Made by a program: the position numbers and the translations under genes. A stretch of DNA of 64,000 nt from Curvularia clavata (Eukaryota), in the NCBI GenBank assembly GCA_023920165.1, contig CP089279.1, positions 1,922,001 to 1,986,000 on the forward strand, read 5' to 3'. This document shows positions 21,481 through 35,400 of the stretch, piece after piece. Position 1 is the stretch's first letter; every line of letters starts with the position of its first letter. Below the pieces are notes generated by a model that did no database searches, was not told where the DNA came from, and worked only from the letters and a program-made list of their open reading frames with translations.

Positions 21481-23724
21481 GTTTGATTTGCTTTTTGTGA
21501 AGGTAAGGTTAAGACTATTATAGACTCGATACTGGAGTACGTATGAATTGCTATGGAATCAAAATGCCCCTCCGCCAAAAGATATACGTACTCCAGTATT
21601 GCGGTGGTTTACTCGGCCTTACAATGTGCCCCATAATTGGCAGTACGGTCCATGGGTGGTGAACCTCTGATGGCTACCTTCTCCGTCGGAAACCTACCAT
21701 TCTTTATCAGTCGGCAGATGCAAAGCAACTTTCGACACCGAACTCTTCTCATTTCTCTTTGTGAAAGGTAGGTGAAGCGGCACAGAAAAAAATGATACAG
21801 AGATTAACTATGTCAAGAAATTCATCGAAAGCGCTGTGGTCAGCCTGACGGTATCTTGCACGTCTATTCTTTCGGCATCTTTTTTTTGTCACAATCTATC
21901 TCGCGAATTCGGTTCGCGCTGAAGCTGGCGCCAGCATCAAAAGCCGACCCCACCAGACATGATCTGCCTGCCTACTTGGGGAACTCGGCAAACGAAATCC
22001 TTGAAAGAATCAATCGATCAGGATTCAGATGACTTTTTGAACAGAGCACTTCGGCCGTTGCTCCCATTCCTACATCCCACTCCAAGCCTTGGTGTACTTC
22101 TTGTCCCCACACACTTCCGGCCGAGGTTACCAGGCGTGACTGGACCCACGTATGCATGTTGTACATAATCCCCACACCCTGCGCCGCTTCGGAGCAGGAA
22201 AAATCAATAAAGGGAGTCCTTGTCCAAGACCCGACTCGTGTTCGTAGCGTTTAACGCTTTCGGCCTTGTCCTAGTTGTGGATGACGGCGACACCCCGTTT
22301 ACAGGTTGTGCCGGTATAATTGAAACGATCGTGGCTTTCATGCGGATTGAGATTTGCAGGCTACGGGGCTGCAGGAGTTGTCCAATGTTTCGAAACGTCT
22401 ATTATAGTCGCCGTGATTGCCGACCATCGGCAGTTTGAGTCGTGACTATTGGTACCTCAGTCCCGTTCGCATGGCACCTGGCTTGTATCGGCTTGCCTCA
22501 CAATTTCAAATCAAGCGTGTCGCTATGAGCAGTCGGTTGATTGATGGCTAATGGTTGTCATCCAGCATAATCATCCTGTTGTTTGTTGCTGGACAGAATG
22601 TGTACCAAAATCCAATACTTACGACTCGTTGTGAATGGTCTAGTCGAGTCGAGCTACGTACTAGGGCGAGTCAAGTCAGGCCTATAGCGCGAGTCGATTG
22701 CGAACTAGTAACACACCTGATCATGTGGTCTAAGCCTCGCAATTAGCAGCTCATGCCCATCATGGGCTACCTCGAAGCTTAAGAATATTCCTTTACAACG
22801 ATGAACCCGTATCGTCGGTGTTGCCAGTGTTTCGGTATCACCCTGGCAGGTTGCTTCTTGCATCAGACTGTCGGGTCTGAAACGACTGGAAAATGCTAGC
22901 CCCCCTAGCGCTAGCCGAGATGGTCGGCGGTAAATAGCGGGACGGTCCCGGGGCACGTCGATCAGCTTTATACGGACGATGTTCATATCGCAAAAGCTTA
23001 TTTGTACTTGCAAGTCAGGCTTCATAGTATGCATAATGGTTTATGGGATAACTGTTACTCAGTAGCTTTGCAAATAGAGACTGTAGATTGCTTTCTTCAG
23101 CTCAATGCACTCACATTGCATTTATGAAGTCATTATAACATTCCGAGACGGACATTCGCCTGTCTTGTCAGAGTCTAACAGTGACAGCTTTAGGCCGCCG
23201 TTTCTACGGCCAATGATGTATGGTAGAGACTTTGCCCTACCGAGGCGACTCAGTTTCATTCGGTATGCTCCATGTAGATTGTCACACATGGCAGCGGGTT
23301 GTCGCATGTCTAGCGGGGATGCTTGAAAAAAGCAATATCAAAATGCAAAAGCGTTAGCCATGGTTTTCAGTACTTGGGACCCTGTCAGGTCTGTAACTGG
23401 CTAGGTGCCGTCTCCGGGGCTCAAGAGCCGTGGATCTTCATCCCAAGAGTCGTATTCCCCCGACATCTATTCTTATTGAGGCACTCCATCGAGACCATGA
23501 ACTTGGCAAACCCTTGGCTGACTCTTGCATGGCCATGGCTTTGTGCCCAAGACTGAGTTCATGCGGATTTGGCCAATGGTTTTTCCTACCGTCGAAGAGG
23601 TTCCTCGGTACACAGCATCGTATGATGACCAGTTTTGTGCTCCACGACTAAGAAACAGTGCTTTGGCATGGCCCATGCTACTGATCACCTTTGCGGTCCG
23701 CAAGTTCGCCATGGATAGATTGAA

Positions 23725-23764
23725 CCGAGGATCATCTGTGGGGTGACTTTGTTGAAGGTATAAG
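23725..23764 (+). promoter_or_regulatory. Cutinase proximal promoter: CCGAGG (FarA/CTF1-type site) and TATA-like box
   Basis: CCGAGG at 23725-23730 (also at 23240 and 22121) and TATAA at 23759-23763, about 180 nt before the ATG. Confidence 0.45.
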
Positions 23765-23941
23765 AAGACTTGATGCCATCTTGTAGTGATCGTTATCAAC
23801 CAACAGTTCCATCATCACAACAGAGCAGGTGCTCACGTTCGCTTCGCTTTCTCTTCTTCTTCACTTCTTCAGCACCTTTTCTCCAGCCTTTCATTGAATA
23901 AACAATTTTGCCAGCCATTAAAGTTTGCTCCAGTCGACAAG

Positions 23942-24739
23942 ATGTACGCCAAGTCCATCCTCATTGCTGCCCTTGCAGGCCTTGCGGCAGCCGGCCCCAT
24001 CGAAAGCCGCCAACTTTTCGGAGGTACCGGAACCAGTTCGAGCGAGTTTAGCCAGGGCGGTTGCAGAACAGTCCTCTTCGCTTTCACTCGTGGGTCTACG
24101 GAAATCGGTAACATGGTTTGTAGCCACCTTCCAAGTATGATTTTCCATTGCTAAAACAACCAGGGAACTGTTGTCGGACCACCCACCTCGGACGGACTCA
24201 AGAAGGCGTTTGGACAAGACCAGGTTGCCACTGAGGGCATTCCCTATGCTGCTGCGCTAGGCACGAATGCTCTTCCTGGTGGCACTGACAGCCTCTCCAA
24301 GGATCTTCTCAAGAGGACCCTCACCTCCATGGCTCAGAAGTGCCCAGACTCGGTCATTGTGTCTTCAGGCTACAGCCAAGGTGCCGCTGTCAACCACCGT
24401 GCGATTGAAGAGCTGGATGCAAATGTCAAGGATCAGATTGCCGGTGTGGTCCTTTATGGCGACACCCAAAAACTTCAAGACAGAGATCAGATTCCCAACT
24501 TCCCCAAGGATAAGGTCAAGATTATCTGCCAGCCTGGTGACGCTGTTTGCCTTGGCACTCTGGCGGTTCTTCCTGCCCATTTGACCTATGGTGTCCGGGC
24601 TGACGAGGGGGTTGAATTTCTGGTGCAGCAAGTCAAGGCCGCTCAGGCCAAGATCAAGGCTAGGAACGAGAAGCGCGAGGCTGAGAAGGCAGCCGCAGCT
24701 GAATCTGTTAAGCTTGTCGCAAAGGCCATTGCTGCATGA
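23942..24739 (+). CDS. Secreted cutinase (CE5)
   Basis: Signal peptide MYAKSILIAALAGLAAA, FTRGSTEIGNMG across intron 24116-24163, catalytic GYSQG, VVLYGD and CQPGDAVC...HLTY (Asp/His of the triad). Confidence 0.95.
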
Positions 24740-25216
24740 AACGGGGCGTGGAGTAGGCGGACTCTTGTGGCTGGATCACGTGGTCGTTTGGCAAAGCTGT
24801 TTGCCTTTTATTCATAGATCTCCTTCGCTGATCATTTCATGACTTGTGAATACAATCGTTTACACCGGCAAATATTTTTTTTCTGTTCCTATGCGAAATG
24901 AGATGAGTTTAGTTTACTGACTGTCACGGGTATACTTGGGCAATCGATAAGCCAAAGAGGGCTGCCTGACCCCGCAGGCCCCGCTCCTGCTTCCCTGTCG
25001 TAATGACGGGCGGCGATTGGACTATATATGGTCAGCAGTGATGGTATTGCACGTGTCTACTAGCCCTGTAAATGTATTTGGCATGTACGCGATGGATAGA
25101 AGTGCCAAGTTCTCCTGTTGAGATGTGCACTCTAGACTGACGTCCGGTCCCAATCACTCACGTCAAGCGGCATCACATTGTTTGCAGCGTCTACCGCCTG
25201 GTTGATTCATTCCAAT

Positions 25217-25645
25217 ATGACGAGCACCCAACCCACAGTCCCGAGTACGGCCGCCCCACAGGCTCTCAACATGGTTCCCTCAAGCCCATCTTCAGAAGAA
25301 GCAGCCCGCCGGCAGGCTGAAGCGCGCGCTGCCGTCACAGCGTCTCTGGCGTCTGTGGGAGCGTCGGTCGACAACGAAATGCGGACGCGAACGGCGGACC
25401 TGCATGCTAACGCGGCGGCCATATCCAAACAAGAGAAGGAGCTTGCAAAACAGACGGCGGCACTGGCCAAGCAAAGCGCCGAGTGGGACAAGCTGCTGCA
25501 GACTGGCACCAAGAAGCTGAACGAGGTGGGAGATATACAAAACTGGGCCGAGATGATTGAGCGCGACCTGCTCGTGTTGGAGGAGACGGTGCGGCTGGTG
25601 GACGAAGAGAGAGGGGAGGCAGCCAATGGGACGCGTAGACGGTAA
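25217..25645 (+). CDS. BLS1: BLOC-1 complex subunit 1 (BLOS1/GCN5L1 family)
   Basis: Coiled-coil protein ending in the family signature LNEVGDIQNWAEMIERDLLVLEET. Confidence 0.88.
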   Translation: MTSTQPTVPSTAAPQALNMVPSSPSSEEAARRQAEARAAVTASLASVGASVDNEMRTRTADLHANAAAISKQEKELAKQTAALAKQSAEWDKLLQTGTKKLNEVGDIQNWAEMIERDLLVLEETVRLVDEERGEAANGTRRR

Positions 25646-26457
25646 TAGGTCTATTTGATGCCATAGACGTACAAAGTACGAGAAAAGTGACTTTGACGCA
25701 AGGCGGGCGACGGTGCTGTCTATTGCTTGCACCAAAGCATCGTCATGTCGTGCGCGGGGGAATGCAAACGCCCATGTATGCAACCAGCAATTTATGCAAA
25801 GTGAAGGAGACGAAGCCGTTGCTTTTGGTGACGTGCTGCGCTCGGGCTCGGATCCGCCAGCACGGGCCAAGCCATGGATGTGCGGAAACTGCGAATGCCA
25901 CTACGGACTTGCCTGGTCGTTAGTCGTTAGTGAGGTCAAGCTCCTACAAGCACTTTGCCATCTCTCCCTCTCGGTCTGCATCTCACTCCCACGCTGCCCA
26001 CAAGCACCTGCGACCTAGATCAGCAGCTTCGGCGCAAACACCTCACCAAGAGATAGCCTTTTCCGCTGCACCAGATCCACGCCTGCACCGTGGTATCAAA
26101 GCAGCAACCTTACCCGCCCACGCCTCTTTTCCCACCAACGCCGCCCGCACTCACCTACCCACACGCCCTTTTCGCTACAAGCGCCCTGCTCCCTAGACGG
26201 CGACCGACGACATCACCAATCACGACCCCGCTTCTTCGCTCCACTGAAGCCGCTTTCTGCACGCCCGGACAGTAAAAGACATTCGCACTTGTCCAGACAG
26301 ACAACCAGACAGACAGGCAGCCCTTCGGCCGACCCTTCAATCCTGTTCACACAACAGGGCAAAACGACAACCACCACCGTCGCTACCGCCTGCCAGACCC
26401 CGGCTGCCGCGAGCTTGCATGTGAGCAAGTTTCGTCTTCCGAGCGCCCGGCGCAAAC

Positions 26458-29400
26458 ATGAAGATCAAGAAACAGGCTACCTCGCGGCATGAGTCGACTC
26501 TGTCGTCCATGATAGCTGATTTCGTCAAGGCAACCGAGTCAATACCCCTCTACCAGCTACCCGCACATCTGGCCTCGTTCCCCAAGCATTGGCCCTTCCC
26601 TCGCGGCGATGCCTATCATTGGATCCCCGCACTGGACCGCTTCGACCACATCCTCGAGCTGTTCAACAAGGAATATGGCCTGGTTGACGGTCCCCAGACA
26701 CAGCCCTTCCAGCGCCGGCTTTTGCTCAAAGGCGATGCTGATGAGACCAGCGCCACCTCTGATCACGCCACGACCGACGCCGTCCTCGATACCCTGCACC
26801 TCTCACAGGACGGCGATCGTGAACTGATCGAGCAAATCCTGAACTTCACTCGCATGCTGCTGGAAAATTGTGGAAACCGCAGCCTGTACTCGAGTAGCGA
26901 ACGTCTCGACAAACTGCTGAACACGACAAGTACTTCCCTGCTCAAGGCAACCCTTCGCCTCGGCCATCGCCTTGCTCAGCGCTATGCTGCCGCTCGCATG
27001 CGACACGCGCCTGCTACCCTACACCCGTCTGTCCTCTCTAGTCACTACAACATCAACCTCGACAAGATTCAGAAACTGGCGAGTCCATTCGCAAAGGGCC
27101 CCACTGTCGCCGCGCCTGTGTTTGGCACACCAACGGGTAGAGGAAAAGATCGCGCGAGCAATGCCGACAAAGTTAGCCCATCTGACCTCGTTGGAATGTA
27201 CTCTTTGTCCGACGCGGCGATGAAGAACGAGTTCGGCGGTGTCTTCATCTCATACTACGAGCCAACTCCTGCAGCCGAAGAAGGCAGCAGCGGTAAGCCT
27301 GCAACCACTGAAACGCCAGCCGCGGTACCCACCACACCAACGCCTGTACGAAGAACGTCGAATATGGGTCCAAACCGGACGCCGCGACAGCCTCAGTCTG
27401 CAGCACCTTCCGACTCGCCAAACACCCCAGGCCTCACCCCAGGACAGCCTGGCAGTAGAGCCAACGGGCCCAAGACATTCGAGCTCTCAGCAGACAAGGT
27501 TTCCAAGCGCAACATACATGAGCTCATCAAGGAGGGGCTTGAGAGCTTACCCGAAAGTGTGCACTATGAATTTCTTCACAAACTGCGCATCGCCAAAATG
27601 TTTGACAATGGTGCCGCCGGACGGGATGATGCAGTTGCTATCCGATTGTTGGCTATTGCCAACATGGGCTACGTACATGTTGAGAAGGACTTCATGGCCA
27701 AGCTGGGCCAGCAGGACGCAGATGAGCCGCGCAGGCTACAGCTGGCGCATCAACTGTCTGAGTTAGTCCACCCGCCCAACAACGGCCAAGCCGGCCTCTC
27801 GCTGGAGCTACAGACTCTTACCATGAATGCTCTTGAGGCTCTCGCGAAGCACAAGTCGAAAGCTCCCGATATTTGCGCCGCGCTCAATGTCAATGTGAAC
27901 CATGGAGTGCTGTTCTACGTCGTTCGCAAACTCGTCGCTGGTCTTGGCGACGAGACTGGCGACCCGGATGACCTAGAGGAGGACGCATGGCGCGATGCCC
28001 TCTTTTCTCTTCTGAATACTTTACCCAGCTCTCAAATACGCACTGGTGAGCAGATGGTGGCTGCAGGGCTCCTGGAAATTCTTGTCGATGTTCTTAGGCT
28101 TCGTACAGCAAAGGCCGAGCGTAATCACCCCAAGATTCTCAGCTTCCTTGACACGTTTGTGTACAATTTGCGCGACGCCTTCTCGGCTCTTGTGGCTGCG
28201 AAGGGACTAGATATCATCGCTGATCTTATGCAATACGAAGTCGACGTCTCCAAACAGCTTGCCGAGGAGGACAAGGGCATGCCCAAGGAGTACAAGACAC
28301 AGCTTACTGACTATCAAATCCCTTTTTACCACCAACAAAGCCTGCGCTGGCTGTTCAAGTTTCTCAATCACATGATGACGCACACAGGTGGCAACTTCGA
28401 TCGCTTGATGCGTAATTTGATTGACTCGCCCCAGCTGTTGAGTAGCCTGCGCACTGTGTTGTCGAATGCAAAGATCTTCGGTTCGACCGTTTGGAGCATG
28501 GCTGTTACTATCCTTGCTAACTTTATCCACAACGAGCCTACCAGTTATCAGGTCATAGCAGAGGCAGGCCTCAGCGAGGCATTTCTGGAGACAGTGGCTG
28601 GAGAGCCTGCTTTAGAATCAACAGCTGCAGCAAATGCCAATGCTAATGAAAATGCTGCCACTCCCGCCTCCTATCCTCCGCGAGAAACTGGAAAGCCGCT
28701 CGCAAAGGGTATCCTGCCTGTAGCTGAAGCCATCTCAACGCTCCCGCAAGCCTTTGATGCCATCTGCTTGGCAGAAGCTGGTATGAAGCTGTTTCAATCG
28801 TCGACTGCTCTTGAGCGATTTTTCGAAATTTTTGAAAGCCCCGTCCATGTCAAATCACTCGATGCCGACTCAGAGATGCCTACCATGATTGGTAACTCGT
28901 TTGACGAGCTCGTGCGTCATCATCCACCACTGAAGACTCGAGTTCTGTCATGTCTTAGCGAGCTCATAGCACGTGTGGTCCAGCTGTGCGCCAGCAAAGC
29001 TGAGAAAGAAGGTGCAGGAGCCAAACTATGGACCGAAGGCGACAATGGAAAACTCCTCGTAGCTGGTGGTCGCCAAGCTCTGTCGGGCTCACGCCCACAG
29101 CGCGTCTCAGGAACGACTGGCACTGATGTTGAGATGGAGGATGCCGACGAGACCCCCAACGAAATTGTGACCTTTGATCAGGTCACAGAAACCGAGGACA
29201 GCACCAAGGGCCCAACAACAGGGCAATACATCCGCGTGCTTTGTCGGTTTCTCTCTGGCTTCTTCTCTAATCATGCCATGTGTGCTGCCTACATCGAACT
29301 TGATGGTGTGGACTCTATTCTTGACATCTCTGATCTTGCTTGCTTGGATCCAAAATCGAGTGAGAATCGCAGCATGTGCGAGCAGTTTGGCCATGTTGTC

Positions 29401-32400
29401 CAAGCTCTCGTCGAACAGAAGCCACATATTGCTGTTCCATCGCTGATTAAGCGCACACAAAAAGCCTTGGAGCGCCTGCAACCTCTCCTCGATCACAATG
29501 GAAAGCAGGCATTCTTTGCACCATTTACGAGCACCACCAGTTCTCAAGATAGCGAGCACCTGCAACGAGGCACGCAATACGTCAAAGCACTAGTCTCGGC
29601 ACATACACTCGTTGGAGCCATGACTCTGACTTTCCAGAGTCAAATGTATAGCACACGTTCTGCCCACAATGTCTCAAGCCAGGTTAACCTCGCCGATATG
29701 TACGCACGCTTGGTTGACAGTCTCGGAAAGCTTCACCGTAGCTGCGTTTGGGAAGAGCTGCTCCTGCAACGCAATATGCCTTCTGAGTGGGAGAAAGAAA
29801 CCCGCGTCGCCAGCTCTGGTTTTGGCAACGACGAAGCTGATCATGTGTTCCGAATTGGTAACAGTGCGGTGGAATTGTCTGGTAGTGCTGAAGCAGGTTC
29901 TGGTGCCACTGCTGGTGGTGCAGGATCCAATTCCGAGAACACTGCTCTCAGTCAGAACAGTGCACAGTTCAAAAACACACAGACTCTTCGAAACCTGCTG
30001 AGCAAGATACCTACTGAGATTGCGCCTTTCTTCCAGTCCCTGGGCAAACTTCTTTTGTTCCGTCGCAGCCTGGAGGCATACCAGAGGCAGTGTGCTACGG
30101 TCGTCGCAGATCAACTTGCCCAAGCAGTCATCGATCAGCTCGAGTACGAGAGCCCAAAGGAATCAGACAACGTTGAAGATCGCTATGCGTATTGGATTGT
30201 CATACTTACCTCCTTGTCGCAACTCATTATTGAGCCGAACCTAGACCGACCACAAGCGCTGACTTTGCTGCTTGTGTCGTTCCGCAATCTTGGTGGATTT
30301 GACGTTCTAGCCCATATTCTCAATCAATTCTATGAGACTGCGCTTGAGATTACGCAGAAGCAGAGTGAAGACACTAGCGAGGGGTCGAAGCGATTGCTCA
30401 ATCTTTCGCTTGGCGGTATCAAGATCATCCTTGCCTTCTTCTCTCAGATCATCAACTACAAGGTCATTGGAGAATCGCCGCAGACGTCGTCGATGCAAAC
30501 TAGACCGGATCGTGATAGGGAACGATCAGACTACTTCCTGACAGCGCAGTTCCTCGTTGAGCTGCGTTTCGCTGTCATCAAGCCTGTAGAGAAGATTTGG
30601 AACTCGAATCTCATCGACAAGGCTACTAGCTCTATCGTGAAGACATCCGTCAATATCCTCAAGTCTGTCCTCGAATGCGATGGCGAACACGGAGCCTACA
30701 AGAGCATTGATAAAATTCCAAAGCGCAGCAAACCTATCATCAAGCCATGGTCTGCCCGAAATGGAGAACACTTGCTTCGTTTGAAAGAGGCTGGCTATGA
30801 TGACAGCCTTGCTGAGGAGGCGCTGTACCGCTGCTGTGACAACTACAACATGGCCAACGAATATTGCCGAAACCAGGCTCGCCCACAAGTTTCGAGGAAC
30901 CCAATTCCGCAATATGAGATTCAAGCGCGAGGCCCGCCATCTTCGTCACCTAGCCGTGCTGAAGTGGTCGTGCCCGAACCTACAGATGATGCCAGTATGA
31001 CATCGAGCGAGATTACTCGTGACGAGGATGAGCACGAAGAGCCAGAAACCCAGTCTGTTCAAATGGAAGATGCAGATGCTTCCGCTGCTACGGAACCTGA
31101 AGCGCCTACGTCTAGTACACCTGTGCTTGCTGAGCAGTCTAATCAATCGGCCACTACGCCACATGACGCACTGGCGTACCAAAAGCGCATGGCTGTTGGC
31201 AACTCGACTGAACCTGTGGCCTTGGATCAGCTTGACGAGCAGAGATCCAAACTTCGTCGCAACCTTGTTGACCGGTCTCTCGATGTGCTCAACTCACACG
31301 AGGATGTCACGTTTGAGCTTGCAGATCTCATTTCTGCTGCCGTCTCCAAAGCACCCGAGCCTGAGTCGATGCGGACAGAGATTGGAACTACGCTAGTTCA
31401 ATCGCTTATATCACTACAGAGCGAAGATGATTTCCGTACACAAAGCAAGAAGATTGCCGCCTCGGCTCACCTGCTAGCTCTTGTGCTCCAGGAGAAAGAC
31501 TTCTATGATGTTGTTGTCGGAGAGCTCAAGGACAACTTCACGACATTGTTGGGCTTCCTCAAGATCTTCCCGGATCAATCAGCTGAAGAATCTTCTCCTT
31601 GGATTGGGCAAGTCTTGCTGATCATCGAGCGATTACTGGCTGAGGATCAACTTCCACGTCAAATTTCATGGACTCCTCCTACAGAAGGAAGTCACCAGGA
31701 AACCTCTGTCGACGAGCTTCCGGAACCGATTGTGACTGAGGAAGAGAAGGACCAACTCTTTGCTGCTATAATTGAAATGCTGCCTCGCATTGGTAAAGAT
31801 GAATCATTGGCTCTATCAGTTACGCGAGTGTTGGCTATGCTTACACGCACACGCAAGATTGCCACACGCCTTGCAGAGAAGCGAAATATCCAGCGGCTCT
31901 TCCTCATGGTCAAGCAGCTTGCTGGTATCTCCAACGAAGGCTTGCGCAGTGCTTTCATGATTGTCTTGCGGCACATGATTGAGGATGACGAGATGATTCG
32001 TCAAATTATGCGTACCGAGATTCAGCAGATGTTCGAATCGCGCGATCGAAGACAGACAGACACAACTGGATACACACGCCAGATGTATGCACTAGCGATC
32101 CGCGCACCCGAAATCTTTGTTGAAGTCACGAACGAGAAGCTTCAACTGGCCCGCTTCGATCCACATCAGCGACCACAGACTCTCGTTCTAAAGAAAGTCG
32201 AGCCATCTTCAACCGAGACAGCTGATACTGCAGAACCTTCGGATGCAGTTGCAGAAGCCGACAAGCCCAAGGAATCTAGTGAAGCGCCCAAACAGCCGTT
32301 CCTTGAGCGGACAAAGACCTCGGACTTGAAGATTCCGGTCGTGGAGAATCCCGATGGCGTCATACACTACCTGCTCTGTGAGCTGTTAGCTTACAAGGAG

Positions 32401-35400
32401 GCTGAAGACAAACCCGAGCCTCCCAAGCCAGCCGACAATACATCCGGAGAGCAAACTACCACTGAGTCAAGCTCAGATGCGGCCGCTACACCTGCTTCAG
32501 CATCTACGGAGTCTACCAAGACCGAGAAGCCAGTGTTCAAAGCCGACGCGCATCCCATCTATATTTACCGCTGCTTCATCCTGAAGTGTCTTGCCGAGCT
32601 TCTCCAAAGCTATAACCGCACGAAGATTGAATTCATCAATTTCTCAAGGAAAGCGGACCCGTACACTGTGACCCCCTCGAAGCCGCGTTCTGGAGTTCTG
32701 AATTACCTCCTCAACAATCTTGTTCCTATTGGCACTCTGAACCATGAAGGCGATCTCTCATTCAAGAAGAAACTGGCAACATCGAACTGCGCAATCGACG
32801 TTATTGTCTCGCTATGCAATAAGACAGGAGAGCATACTCTCCCCAAGACTGACGTACCATTGTCGCCATATGCCGAGACTGAGCCTGACTTACTCTTCGT
32901 CCGCAAGTTCGTGCTCGAGCATGCTCTGAAGGCTTTCAAGGATGCGAATGCCTCCGACGAGCCACTCGATATGAAGTACTCAAGGCTACTAAGTATCGCC
33001 GACATCTTCTCCAGGATGGTGTCTCAGCGTCCCAATGGCGAGATGCTTACCCAGAATGCGGATTTGACGCCCAATCTCAAGCAAATGGCCAAAATCATGT
33101 ACGAGAAGAACTTCATCACGATTCTGACTACGGCGATTTCAGACATTGATCTCAATTTCCCCAATGCTAAGCGCGTAGTCAAGTACATCCTCAAACCTCT
33201 GAAATGGCTCTGCTACGTGGCTATGGATCTCAGTATGCACTACGATACTTCATCAGCCCCAGACTCCGGTGACGAGTACGAAATTTCGACCGCCTCGGAC
33301 GACGATCTTGTTGAGAACATACGCGAGGAGACACCCGACCTCTTCCGCAACTCAACCTTGGGCATGTTCGAGCCGCCTCATGAGTCTGAAACTGACGAAG
33401 ACTCCGAAGATGATGAGGGCGAAGAGATGATGTACGATGATCCTTATGCGGACGACATGGAATACGATGAGGCCGAAATTGGCGACGACGACGTTGTGTC
33501 TGAGGAGGACGAAGAGATATTAGAGATGGATATCGATGGCATGGGCCCAATCGAAGGGCTCCCCGGTGATGTCGATGTGGAGATTGAGCTTGACGACGAC
33601 GGTAACTCCATGGGCTCTGACGACGACTCGGAGGACGATGAGGAGGAAGACGACGAGGAAGACGAGGACGATATGGACGATATGGACGAAATGGACGACG
33701 AGGGTGACGATGATATGGATGAACTGGAGGATGCTATGGACGAACTGGAAGAAGTCACTGGCGATGATGAGAATGGCAGCCTAGCTGACGACCAAGAAGA
33801 CGAGTGGAGCGATGAGCAAGACGACTTTCCTGGTGGTGTCAATGGCGAGGCTGGTATGCCTCCAGGCATTGGGTTCGTCATCGATCCTCCACAGCAGCTT
33901 CTGGAGCAAATGCGCCAGCAAGGCGGAGGCGACATTGAAGACTTCCTAGACGATGAGATGGGCGAAGAAGGTCCGTTCCTACATAATGTAGAGCGTTTGG
34001 AGCGACTGCTAACCCAACTAGACGACGAAGAAGAGGATTACGATGAGGACATTCACTACGATCCTGGTGCGGAAGACGACGAGGAAGGACTGCCAGAACT
34101 TGGATGGGGTGGTGGCTGGGAGGATCCAGCACCTGCTGCGGTTCGCCACACACACCGTCTCAGTCCGTGGATGTTCCCTGCTGGTCCAGGTGACCGCATC
34201 CTTGTGCCGGCGTATCGATCGCATCGTCCAGGCGCTGGTCCTCGAGCCACTGACGACGGGATCAATCCCTTGCTTCAACGAGGTGGCCGGTCCGCTGGAC
34301 GTGATGGTCTTCCACGCAATGAAGGCAATAGCGACTGGGTACATGCTATCGAAAGTCGTGGCCCCCGTATCTTCAACCAAGCCGACAGCCCCGTATCCTT
34401 CATTAGCAACCTGCTAAACGCAATGAGCTCTGGTGGCGGCGGTACTACGCTACATCATCATGGAGGCGCGCTTCATCTTTCGTTCAGCAACTCGATGGGC
34501 ATGCCAACCTTGGACAGCAGCATGCGTCGGGACATTGCTCGAATGCGAGAGACATACAACTCACGCTCTGCTCGTGAAGACCCACATTCGGCTGTGGCCT
34601 TTATCAAGGCATACACCAGCCAGCGTTGGCAAGAGGAGGCTCGCATCCTATATGGGCCTGCTGCTATCGAGAAGAGCCAGCGTGTCATCAACTCCATCCT
34701 CAAAATCATGGTTCCACCGGCGATTGAAGCAGCCAAGAAGCGCCAGGAGGAGCGTGAAGCTGAAGTTGCTCGCAAGCTCAAGCAGGAGCAAGAACAGAAG
34801 GAGCAGCGAGAGCGTGAGGAGCGTGAGCGACGCGAGGCACAGGAAAAGGAAGACCGTGAGCGACAAGAACGGGAGGCTGCAGAAGCCGCAAGCCGTGCTC
34901 AAGATCAGACGTCATCGAACGAACCGACAAACGAAACAGCAGGCGCTCCTGAAGGACAAGCAATGGAGGGCGTCCAAGCTGGCCAGAGTTCTAGTGAGCC
35001 TGCAAGTGCGGAACCAGCACCTGTAGTACCCGCTGGGCCACCTGCGCCTCGGATTATGACGACCATTAGAGGCCACGAGTACGACATTACTGATTTGGGG
35101 ATTGACAATGATTACCTAGATGCCTTACCGGAGGATCTGCGAGAGGAGGTATTGTTGCAGCAGATAGCTGAGCGCAGAGCAGAACAACGGGCTCAAGCGC
35201 GACAGCAGCAGCAGCAGCAGCAGCAAATGCAGTCACAAAATCAGGCACAAGATTCAGCGTCGCAAGATGCTGATCAAGCCGGTGATCCACCCACTGACAT
35301 CAACGAGGATTTCTTGGCAGCTCTGCCAGCTGACATTCGCCGCGAGTTAATTCAACATGAGAACGCGGAGCGTCGACGTCGTGAGCGCGAGGAAAACCGT

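Noticed and set aside
22640..22706. Short GAGTCRA repeats
   Set aside because: Few, irregular copies with no spacer structure. Not CRISPR-like, and this is a eukaryotic locus.
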